Below, piece after piece: positions 53,344-64,000 of a stretch of DNA of 64,000 bases. Location of the stretch: positions 45,818,001 to 45,882,000 of the forward strand of contig OX597820.1 in the NCBI GenBank assembly GCA_951406725.2. Direction: 5' to 3'. Source of the DNA: Octopus vulgaris. Its lineage: Eukaryota. The notes beneath the pieces were generated by a model. The model was not told the origin of the DNA and made no database searches. It saw only the letters and a program-made list of their open reading frames with translations. Position 1 is the first letter of the stretch. Every line of letters begins with the position of its first letter. The translations under genes were made by a program, and so were the position numbers.

Positions 53344-54015
53344 CTGCTTTTCTTTTTATTGTTCCTTATCATGGTGTTATTTTCTTTTTTCCTCTCCCTT
53401 TGTGTTATTATCATAATTATTAATATCACAGTTGTGTGTGTGATCACCATTGTTTAACGTCTATTTTCCCATGATTGCATGAGTTGGACAGAATTTGTTG
53501 AGACAGATTTTGTACGGCCAGATGCCCTTCTTGTTGCAAACCCTCACCTGATTACAAACAACGGTAATATCTTCCCATGACCAGACATGTTTTCACAGAA
53601 GACTGGAAATGAAGAACATTGCTTTCCTGGCAGTAACATTCAGTTACAACTATCTTTTGAAGTCAAGGCAAGGTGATAGTACACACACGCACGCACACAC
53701 ACTGCAATGGCCTTCTTTCAGTTTCCATCGGTTCAGGACTATAACAGAAGGTACTCGTCCAAAATGCAATGCAGTGGGACTGAACTTGTGACCATGTGGT
53801 TGGGAAGCAAACTTCTTACCACACGGCCACACACAATTTCACTTGCACATATGTATATATATATATATATTATAAAATGGGATAACATATATCCAATATA
53901 CTGCTAGAGAGGTACCCAACAAGACTAATACATAAATGTTAAAAATTGTGGTGCAATTAATTCATCTACTGTATTATGTGGGCAAGGGTAAAATTATTAC
54001 CGTAAATTAATAATG

Positions 54016-54331
54016 CAAAATGAGAAAATGGAGAAACATACTTAAATCAATCAATCATCAACCATCAGATAATAGCCAGTTAATGTCTCATTTATACCTG
54101 CTTTATATGGCTAATAGGTTAAATGAGACATACTTGTCTTCACGGCCGAAACAGCTGTCAGATATGATGTAATTGTATTTTATATTTCTATTTCCATGTC
54201 TAGTTATATTTGCAATATATTATGTATAATGTCATTGCTGTTACGTAATGGTGTAATAAAGTATTGATTGGGTATTATCTGATGGTTGATGATTGATTGA
54301 TTTAAGTATGTTTCTCCATTTTCTCATTTTG
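54016..54331 (+). mobile_element. Penelope-like mini-element: perfect 59-bp inverted duplication + 3' half of a hammerhead
   Basis: 54016-54074 is the exact reverse complement of 54273-54331; GCC...GGCC GAAA CAGCTG TC| AGATA at 54075-54164; (TA)n on both sides. Confidence 0.65.
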
Positions 54332-55309
54332 TAAATATATATATATATGGTCATGCTGTATGCATTTATTTCCATTGTTGTGTGTAGTTTAGTGTATTGT
54401 GTATGTATGTGTTCATTTGTGTTATGGTCTTTTTCCCATGCTAACATGGGGTTAGATGAATACTGTATTATCAAAGCATTGTATCATAACTGGATACCCT
54501 TCCTGCTACTAACGCTTAACTGTTTTTCAAGTAAAAGATTCTTTTGTATTTCATATATTTTTGAAAGTATTGAGCAGTCAGACGATTTCTTGATGGAATT
54601 GTGAACTGAGTTTACCATTTTTAATTCAGCCCTATTTTCAGGTGAGCACAGAATGTAAATGGAGCAAACCCATACTCAAAGACGTTAGGGTCATGTATTC
54701 AGATACATATATATTTAGAACTAAACGTGGCTATGTGATTAAGAAGCTTGTTCCCCAACCATTTGGCCTCATATTTAATTCCTGTGTGTGGCACCTTGGG
54801 CAAGTGTCTCCTACTGTTGCCCTGGGATGTCCAAAGCCTTGTGAGTGGATTTGGTAAATGGAAATTGTAAGAAGCCTGCCGTGTGTGTGTGTGTGTGTCA
54901 GTTCGTGTGTACCCTTGTCCTGACACTATGCGATAATTGTAAACGAGCATCAACGTAGTACAAGCAAAAATAGGATTTGCAACACAAAATGCGGCCATCC
55001 AGAAAGTCTTGTCCCCTGCCCAAAAATTCTATAGTACATACTTTTAATGTTCTGTATTTACAATATTTTGTACATATTCTACATTAACAATGTTTGATGA
55101 ATTCAACATTCTATACTTACAACTCCAAATATTTCACATTCTGTACTTATAGCTCTTTGTATTCCGTATTCCATTATATGTATTCCGTATTCTATTCAGT
55201 CCGTATTCCATACTTACAATACGGCTTTCCTAATCCTTATTTTCAATGCTCTATGCAACCCGGATTCCATACTTGCAATACTCTATACATTTCACTTTCC
55301 ATTACACTA

Positions 55310-55740
55310 TCGAAATCAACTTCGATGACTGGCATCTGTGCTAGTGGAGCGCTAAGAGCACCATCCGAGCGTGATCGTTGCCAGAGCGGCTAACTGGCTT
55401 CCATGCCGGTGGCACGTAAAAAGCACCATTTGAGTGTGATCGTTACCAGCGTCGCCTTACTGGCACGTGAAAAAACATTCGAGCGAGGTCGTTGCCAGTG
55501 CCGCTGGGCTGGCTCCTGTGTAGGTGGCACGTAAAAACACCATTTGAGCGTGGCAGTTGGCAGTACCACCTGACTGGCCCTCGTACCGGTGGCACGTAAA
55601 AGCACACACTACACTCACAGCGGTTGGCGTTAGAAAGGGCATCCAGCTGTAGAAACACTGCCAGATCAAGATTGGAGCCTGGTGCAGCCATCTGGTTCGC
55701 CAGACCTCAGTCAAATCGTCCAACCCATGCTAGCATGGAA
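55310..55740 (+). mobile_element. RTE 3' UTR copy lacking its tail
   Basis: Repeated ggtggcacgtaaaaagcacc units and gaagggcatccagctgtagaaac motif; fused directly to a mariner fragment. Confidence 0.8.
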
Positions 55741-56370
55741 GTTGAAGCCATCGTATTCCACCGTCAGAAGCCACCTTTCCAGCTGATTTTTGATCCCATG
55801 CTGATATCCATTTTTGTCTTTCGAGGCGAAGAACTTCTTCACTGAATTTTCATCCTCATCTTGGTTAATGAAGTGTCGCGAGCACAAAAAGTAAAAGATG
55901 GATTGGAACAAGTAATAATCCGAGAGAGATATTTTTCTGCAACCCTTACGTGCGTAAGCAGTGGTTAAAAAAATGGGCCAGCTTCAGGAACTTGTCGCCA
56001 AACATGGGCGTTTTGAACACAAGATAATGCTCTGCGTCTGATGGAATTATGAGGGGATAATTCACTACAAATTCGTTCCGGATGGTTGAATCATCGATGT
56101 GAACATGTACTCCGAACAGCTGGAGCGGTTGTATGCCATTGTGCGGCAAAATACCCGACATTGGTTAACAGAAAGCGAGCTCTTCTGCAGCAGAATAACG
56201 TAAGACCTTTTACCGCTCGAACAACCCGGAACGAACTCCGGGAATTTGAGGGAATCGAACTGTTAGCACATCCAGCGTAAAGTCCGGACCTCGTTCCCTT
56301 GGATTATTACTTGTTCCGATCCATGGCTCACTTCTTGCGCTTGCGACGTTTCATCAACCAAGAGGCCTCA
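55741..56370. mobile_element. Rearranged mariner fragments
   Basis: + strand: LLQQNNVRP...LAHPA*SPDLVPLDYYLFRSMAHFL; minus strand 55741-55890: FINQDEDENSVKKFFASKD...GIKNQLERW (transposase C-terminus). Confidence 0.8.
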
Positions 56371-56485
56371 ACTTTGAATGCCAGACTACTTTTGTTGTAA
56401 ATTGACTATAAAACAAATAAGTTTCAAAAATATTGCAAAACTTTTGGCAATATAGCAATTCCACACGTTCCATCCTTCCAATATT

Positions 56486-56700
56486 CGACCTGGCAGAATC
56501 GTTAGCGCGCTGGGCGAAATGCTTAGCGGTATTTCGTCTGCTGTTACGTTCTGAGTTCAAATTCCGCCGAAGTCGACTTTACCTTTCATCCTTTCGGGGT
56601 CGATTAAATAAGTACCAGTTATACACTGGTGTCAATGTAATCGACTTAATCATTTTGTGCCCTCTATGTTTAGCTCCTTATGGGCAATAAATAAATAAAT
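56486..56700 (+). mobile_element. tRNA-derived SINE (family B), CpG-intact copy
   Basis: ctggcagaatcgttagcgcg...gagttcaaattccgccg...cctttcatcctttcggggtcgat; (TAAA)n tail. Confidence 0.85.
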
Positions 56701-56759
56701 ATTCTATACATTTGATATCTTATATTTACAATAATTTCATACGTCTTAAATTTCCCCTA

Positions 56760-57830
56760 CAATATTTTTCATCAACCTTTTTCACAAATCAGTCAATAAT
56801 ATATTTTCCATTGTTCACGACTAGCATGTAAAAACCTTGTTAGTAGATATCACTGGGTCATGACTCGAAGAATTCATCGATTCACGTTTTCAGATCCTCG
56901 TTGTTGAGTGATTGAAAAAATGATAATCAGAATACGGGGGGGCGGTTGAACTTCCCACCCGAGCTCTTGACTTGCAATTTTGGTCAAATTAGCGACGTGA
57001 AGGCGAGCATTGTTGTAGAAGCACGCCGTGTCACCGGTCAGGTTGTTTCAACTCGATTGCTTCGACGGAGCCGATGCATTTACCGAACATAAAGCTCTGC
57101 ATTGATTGAGGGGTTGTTTTCATGCATTTCGTATGCAATCCCACCAAACGCAGACAATTGCCTTGCTTTATTGCAGCTCTGGTTTGGTTCGAGGTGTTGT
57201 TTGCTTGTTGGGACTTAGCCATTCTCCCGTTTTTTTCTTCTTCACAATGATATAAAGACTCTTATTTTCTTCGCCGGTGACGCTGCAGTAAAGAAATCTC
57301 TGTTTGTTTCCACTAATAGCCTGGTGTGCAGTAAACAAACTTCCGGCGATATAGGAGCACTGGGGTTTGTCTCTTTCGCTCAGAGCATGTAGTACCCATA
57401 TAGTGAGTTTTTAGACCTCACCCATCGAGTGAAGGTTACGGGCGACGGTTATCATGAGAGTATCCTGTCTGCTGAGCCAATTCCCTAGTGGATTGGTGCG
57501 GATCCTCGTAGATGAGCTCCTTCACTTGATTCTCGTTGAATAGAACAGGTCGACCGGAGTACAGAGAAAATGTGAGGCCGAACTTTTCCCTCCTTGAAGT
57601 GTGAAAGTAATTTCTGAGCATTTCTTGAAAAAAAAAAAAAAAAAAAAACGAAGAGAAGCGGATGTCGAAAATGCTCATTTATTTCTACATGGTACTCTAT
57701 CGCCACATGTTTGAAAAGAGGTAAGATTTATTTTAATTTAAAAAACGATAAGCTAAAGCTGTAGAGGAAGACCAGAGCTAAAAAAAAACCCTATAAAACA
57801 CAATGATAAAATCATATTTATAATTCCACA
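56760..57830 (-). mobile_element. Degenerate mariner transposon
   Basis: Minus strand EHFRHPLLF, SGRPVLFNENQVKELIYEDPHQSTRELA (HTH), and catalytic-region remnants (NARLHV; PPYSDYHFF). Confidence 0.8.
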
Positions 57831-58499
57831 CGTTCCACATTCCACACTTACAATATAGCATGTATTTCATATATATATTCTATCCTAACACCATATAGTC
57901 TTTACTATATATGCTTCCACGTTAGATATTCTACATCCTTCTACATTATATATCCAAATTCCATATTAGCTTCCATCAACAATATTTCTGCAACACTACT
58001 ATGCAAATATGTGCAACAAAGAGATCTTGTCTCAGAAAAAAAAAGACAACAAAAAAAAAAAAAACCAAACCAAGCCAAAACAATTATAACCTAGACGCAC
58101 AGCAATTAAGTGAATATTCTAAGATATATGTTAAATATAAAATAACAGATTCAATATAATATAACCCCTCTTCCTCCTCCTACCAGAAATCCGAACATTC
58201 TAAATTTGAAAATTAGACGAACAATAAACAAAGGCAAAAAAAAGGTAAACATCTCGAGGAAATCTAACAAAGAATTACTTTATAAGTTTTCTAAAATTCT
58301 ATAAATTGATACACGTCTGCAGATTCAATTAACAGACATTCCATTACAACAAAGAACTACATTATATGTTTGCTACAGAATTCTTCATTGTTCATGTATA
58401 ATTCTAGGGTCACCCCTATCATCAAAGATGCTCCCTCTTGTCGTAATCACCCCGTCTGTCTCTTTTCTGTGTGTGTTTATGTGTGTATATATGTATGTA

Positions 58500-58543
<44 letters not shown>

Positions 58544-58759
58544 TAATCGGCAACAGAAATTAGAGTGACCAACGACCGAAACTTTCGTGCATCTGATAGT
58601 GCAAATGCACGCAACTCTCGACCCTTGAGATACTTTGTAAGTTTTGCCGATTAAGAATAGTGATAAAAATGTATACATTCCTGTTTGGAATTCTGTTTTC
58701 TTGGTGGTATCACTAAAAAAAAAACATCCTGTGAAAGATAAATATCATTTAATATATAC

Positions 58760-61700
58760 AGGATTTAAAACTGAGTTACTATTAGTTTCATGCTGTGAAA
58801 ACATGATGTTCTGACAAGTTTGTATAGCATACCGTGTAGTTTCCAAGTAATCTTTCAGACTCAAATGTGGTAACAGGGCTGGTCTTTTTCGAGAAAAAAA
58901 GTACAAATAAATAATAATAATTATTATTATTATAAACACTGACTTTTGAAAAGAATGAGAAAGGACGCCGACTGTTGGTCAGATCCCCCACTTGTTAGTG
59001 CAGAAATAAAAATAAAAATGACAGCACATCCTAGGCACAGACGGTCTTACAATAAAACCTGAGCAAAACCTATTTATATTGGAAAGCTTAAAGATCTTGA
59101 TTTGCAGGAAGCTTTCCAAGAACATCCTTCATCAATTCAGGGTCCACTTATATGAAGTAATCTACAAAAGTATATGATAGCTTTTCTGAATTATTTGGTT
59201 TTCAAAAAGCTGATAATTGGGATTTACTTGATAAAAATAATACGGAGGTAACTTTGCTACTTGAGCATAAGTCTGTGTTCAGAAAAATCACTTCTTTAGA
59301 GTAATTTATCCTCCATTAGATGCAAAAAAGAGACGATGTGCTAAAACGAATTAAAAACAGAGGTACAGAGAGCAATAAGAAGTATGAAAAAAAGATTGTG
59401 GTGGGATTTGTCAAAAGATATTTAATCAGCTGCTGATTGCAATGATGCTAAAAAGATTTATGCTCTCATAAAATAAAAAAAACATATGGTCCTAAATTTG
59501 CAAGAATTACACCTTTATGCTCAAGGAATAGGGAAACATTCTTTACATCAATGGAAGCTATTGTAAGACGATGGAAGGAGAAATTTTTTAACTTCTTTAT
59601 CTAAAGTTGTAATGTCACAAGTTCAAATCTCGATTAGTAAACTTAATCCTGGAAAAGTACCAGGAATAGATGGAATCGCAGCAGAGATTTTCCAGTCTAG
59701 GGGTTACCATGTGGTAAAATTAATGCATGAAATAATTTGTGATGAATGGCCTGATGGTGTTATCCTCATTTATAAGGGGAAAGGATCACGAGATGGATAT
59801 GGTCATTCTAGAGGAATTACACTCTTATCCTCTACCGGCAAAGTACTTTCTGAGGTTCTCCTTGCACGATTAAACGATGAGATTTCACCAAATGTTCTCT
59901 CAGAGTCTCAGACCAGATTCTTAGACCAAATCAAGAGATCATGGATATGATGTGTTCTGTAAGTCAGGTGCAAGAAAAATGTCAAGAGCAAAATCTAGAT
60001 TTAGTCCAGGTTTTTGCTGATTTGACAAAGGCGTTTGATACAGTGGCTCGGCATGCATTATGGGAAGTTTTGCGTAAGTTTAGCTGCTCAGTACATTTCG
60101 TGAACATGATAAAATCTTTTCGTGATTACATGGACGTGTTTGCTAATGTTGGAGGAGTTCTTTCGGAATCTTTTAAAGTGGTAAATGGAGTAAAGCAGGG
60201 AGATATTCTTGGACCGACGATAATTTCTCTATACCTTTCGATTGTGCTTGCAAATGCATTCAAAGATTGGCGTATATATTCATTATAGAAGCACCTATAA
60301 ATAATTTAATTTGGGAAGATTGTCAGCAAAACAAAGACGTTTACTTAGCTAATAAGATTTATTGTGCAAATGACTGTGACTTGGTAACCCATTCAATGAG
60401 AGACATGCAACACCTGAATCCAGTATGCCCTTTGGACTGACAATAAGTTTGGATATAACTGTTGTTATGTTTCAACCAGCGTCCAACTCATACGAGGAAA
60501 TACCCAAAAAATAACTGGAAACGTTCTCTGTGGGACAAGCCCATTGTAGTTCAGGCTTCTGCCATTAGGAGCTACCTGAGGCAACCCTCAGACATTAGTA
60601 AGCCGATCGGCGTCGTCGAGTCAAGTCGTACTACCACGTGGTACGTCTTTGTTTTGCAGTGCTTCCGTTCATCGGAACTGTTCATCGATTTTTGCGATGA
60701 CTGAAACGAAGGAACAACGTGCTTCAGTGAAACTCTGTTCTCTGCTGGTGCAAACGGCGACCGAAACAGTTGTCACGCTTTAAACAGCTTACAAGGACGC
60801 TGCCATGATCAAAACACAGGTTTATGAGTGGCTTTCACGCTTTAGGAATGGTCACTTGTCTCTTGAAAACCAACCTCGTTCAGAGCGACCACCAACCTCC
60901 CGAACGAATGAAAAGCATCATAAAAATTTATGAACTGATCTTAGAGGACCATCAGCAAACAAATGATGAATTTGTTGATATGATTGGTGTGTCCTAGAGC
61001 TCCTGCTAACGAATTTTGAGCGGGGATTTGCGAATGAAAAGAGTTGCAACAAAATTTGTGTCTCGCTTGATCACGGAACATCAAAAGCAGTCATGACTGA
61101 ATGCATGTCGTGGACGAAATAACAGCTGGAAGTTGATCCGGGCTTTTTTTCGAAGGTCATTAATGGTGACGGAAGCTGGTGCTACGGAATTTGCTGATGT
61201 GGAAGAGGTGAAGAAGAAAAAAACCATGGAGTCGTTAAAAGTATCACATCACATGCTTCGAACAGTGGAAAACGCGTCTGGACCGGTGCATTGCATCTAA
61301 TGGAGACTACTTTGAAGGTGATAAAAGTGTAAACATGGAAAATTAAGTGAATAAAATAATATTGTGAAATTCAGGTTTCTTTTGGGCATCCCCTCGTATT
61401 ATGAACCTGATTTTTCTTTAAAACACAAAACTGAATGATGTGTATAAATTTACTTATCTTGAAAGTGTGCTGGATCGTGTTTGATCTATAGATGATGAAA
61501 TAGCGAACCGTCTTCAAAAAGCATCTCACGCTTTCAAGAATATTTGAAGGGCGAGTTTGGTCTAATAGAGATATTACCAGAAACACAACAGGTACAGTAT
61601 ACAGAGCTTGTGTGCTTTCATCCCTTTTTGCCTCATGTGAGACACGAATAGTATATAGGAAGTATCTAAAATTACTCGAGCTATTTCATCAGTGATGTTT

Positions 61701-62300
61701 GTGCACAAAATACCGGATTCTGAAGTAATTGTATGTGCTGGTGTGGATGACATTGAAACTGAAATTCATTGACGTAGATTTCGCGAGATTGGCTACTTGG
61801 TTAGGGAATCTGTTCAACGCATGCCCAAACATCTACTATATGGTCAGATAAAAGGAGCAAAGTGACCTCAATGTAAATAAAAAATGCATTTCAAAGTAAG
61901 TCTCTAAAGAATTTCAAAATGATGCATGCAAACTGGGAGAGCGATGCAGTGAACCGAGCAAAATGTAGGAGAAAAATTCACGAGAAGGTGCTACCTTGTT
62001 TGGAGGCAATAAACTGATAAAGAAAGAGGCAAAAATGGTTTTGCTTGTGGCCAATGATCTTTCCCTCTTAACTTGTAATGCCTGCAACCGTATTTGTTTC
62101 TCTCATACCGAACTAGTTAGACGTAAGCGGAAGCACGTATTTAGGCTCACTACTGACTTTTCACAGTCATAACCTGATGAATTGTCTTGCTTTGTTTGGA
62201 ATAAGATCTGCAGAAGTAGATCTGGGTTGACAAGGCACATGAAATGTCATAATAACAATTCCCAGCAGTCTTTACAGCGAAATGAAACATTTTCATGACG
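58760..62300 (+). mobile_element. Degenerate RTE-like LINE (RT + C-terminal zinc-finger region), split by a mariner
   Basis: ORFs 59612-59950 (GKVPGIDGIAAE...SRGITLLSSTGK...ESQ) and 59941-60288 (QVQEKCQEQN...FADLTKAFDTV...GVKQGDILGP); C/H-rich 3' end near 62070-62250. Confidence 0.85.
60493..61396 (+). mobile_element. Internally deleted mariner nested in the LINE RT
   Basis: ta|CGAGGAAATACCCAAAAAATAACTGGAA ... TTCAGGTTTCTTTTGGGCATCCCCTCG|ta; motifs YEWLSRF, KFVSRLIT, INGDGSWCY; the LINE frame resumes across the TA. Confidence 0.85.
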
Positions 62301-62528
62301 TCTGTGTGGAAAAATTTGTAAATCTCTTGCTAGATTCAAGAATTATTTCCGGTCACATAACACGTAGACAATCTCTAACCATCTTCTAGTAATTTTAAAC
62401 TGTAAATATTCAGCTCCATACTACCTACAAATTTGTGTATTGTTATTTTTTTAACTAGTTTGGTGTGTGTGTACGCTGTCAATGCTGGAGTTGAGAAGTG
62501 TCACACTCATTTAATGAGGCTACATCCA

Positions 62529-62530
<2 letters not shown>

Positions 62531-62559
<29 letters not shown>

Positions 62560-62577
62560 CATACATACATACATACA

Positions 62578-62609
<32 letters not shown>

Positions 62610-62709
62610 CACACACACACATACATACATACATGCATACATATATTCACGCATGCATACATACATGTATTCACGCATGCATACACACATACATACACAC
62701 ATACACACA

Positions 62710-62755
<46 letters not shown>
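62531..62755. repeat. Compound (TACA)n/(CA)n/(TA)n microsatellite
   Basis: Read directly; source of the spurious HTYI/MYVC ORFs. Other (TA)n tracts at ~5750, 16640, 26770, 31508, 32890, 36086, 39212, 40720, 58503, 63245. Confidence 0.95.
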
Positions 62756-62757
<2 letters not shown>

Positions 62758-63239
62758 AGAAAAAAGCAGCAAGAATGGATTAGTTGTTCAGTACAATTGT
62801 TTCATACGAAGAACAGATTTATTAAAAGCTGCAAATATTGTATCAAATACAAGTGTCCCGTATTCATCAGCCAAAACACATATGAGTTTTCCAAACATCC
62901 TAGTGGGTGAGGCTACACTCATGAAGTATCGAAGAGAGTTCTATGAAAAGCAAAGTTAGATTGTAAGCAGACTTAAAATGTTCTCTAATGATGCACAGAT
63001 TTATAAAAGGTTTTTAAAAAAGTTTGTTAGCTTCACAGAAAAGGTAAATCCATCCATAATAATGCAGGTGTAATTTCCGGAGATATGAGGAGAGATATTA
63101 TTCTCTGAGATATAAGGAGAGATATTATATATATAACAACGAAAAAAACAGAGTACAGGACAAACAATACAAGGAAAATTCCCCTTCATCAGCTGCCCCT
63201 GGTTCGACTCAATGCGTGTTGTTTTCTTTTCTCCAAGTA

Positions 63240-63299
<60 letters not shown>

Positions 63300-64000
63300 C
63301 ACAAAAAAATAAGAGAGTGGTCAGTGACATGTATGTGAACAACATAGACAAATACAGGCATATCAAATACCATACAACATAAATTCTTGATTTATTTAAA
63401 CAGTTTCTGCCTCTTGATGATGTATCATAATTACCAATTGGCAACTGAGATCAGTTCGATATAAGAAAGGGAGATAATCTCAGGAATCAAGAATTCTCCA
63501 AAGTTGACATGCTATTAAGGCAAAGATAGAGTTATTTTCCGGAGATACGAGGACAGTTGTGGACACGCGTTTCTATCTCAATATGCATCATCTTCGTGTT
63601 CCCAACGAAGACTCAGGTGAAACTCCTGAGTAGCAGGAGACTATCTCGACCAAAATAAAAATATTATTAATCTCCACTATGGTGTTCAGTATTCTCTCTT
63701 CCAGTAATTCAACATGTTTAATGTTGAATGCATACATTATAAGTTAAGAGTAATAATGATTTTTAAAAAACAATTTGTAAACAGCCAGATATACCTGCAA
63801 CACCATTCGAAAGACCTAAAGACAAGATATCTCTTATTTAGTTCAGACAAATATAATGGACATTTCTTACAACCAGAACCAGATTTATACAGACGAAAAG
63901 GAGCAATTTGCTCCTGGTTCTCTTGTCAGAGGGGTCCCTCAATCTCGAGACAAGTTCGATGAATTGAAGGCAAGTTTTCTTAATTTGTAGCATGTCTGTT

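Noticed and set aside
55390-55620. CRISPR-like alternation of a constant GGTGGCACGTAAAAAGCACC unit with variable spacers
   Set aside because: Eukaryotic RTE 3' UTR; the 'spacers' are related to each other and recur in the same order in dispersed copies; no cas genes.
62433-62959. Long ORFs with HTYI/MYVC repeats
   Set aside because: Translation of (TACA)n/(TA)n microsatellites.
63040-63240. Minus-strand CTGATGAAGGGG beside (TA)n as a hammerhead
   Set aside because: I could not place a matching stem II-GAAA-stem III; at most a truncated remnant.
63560-63602. ACGCGTTTC...CATCTTCG, hammerhead-like on the minus strand
   Set aside because: The core reads ACGAAGA rather than CTGANGA and stem II does not pair; too decayed to call.

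Overview
This is AT-rich eukaryotic genomic DNA, most likely from an octopus; I infer that from the SINE/RTE repeat repertoire and have not verified it. The window holds one complete host gene, COP9 signalosome subunit 3 (COPS3/CSN3), on the + strand. I reconstructed 15 GT-AG coding exons by hand (ATG 3102 to TGA 53092; 1293 nt, 430 aa), with a CpG-rich promoter and a poly(A) signal at 53338. Nearly everything else is transposon-derived: RTE LINEs and about 25-30 of their (GAT)n-tailed 3' ends, several tRNA-derived SINE families, four mariner relics, piggyBac- and Merlin-type MITEs, Helitrons, CR1-like and CRE-like LINE tails, and microsatellites. Most ORF-track entries are spurious. The most interesting signal is a set of short non-coding elements, mostly next to (TA)n and often folded back on themselves, that carry minimal type-I hammerhead ribozyme cores resembling Penelope-like or retrozyme-like mini-elements. 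The best-preserved intragenic cores all lie antisense to COPS3. Other notable items are long intronic hairpins (candidate ADAR substrates), an inverted RTE with a duplicated junction, a length-preserving micro-template switch inside an RTE ORF, and a CpG-decay footprint confined to the gene body.
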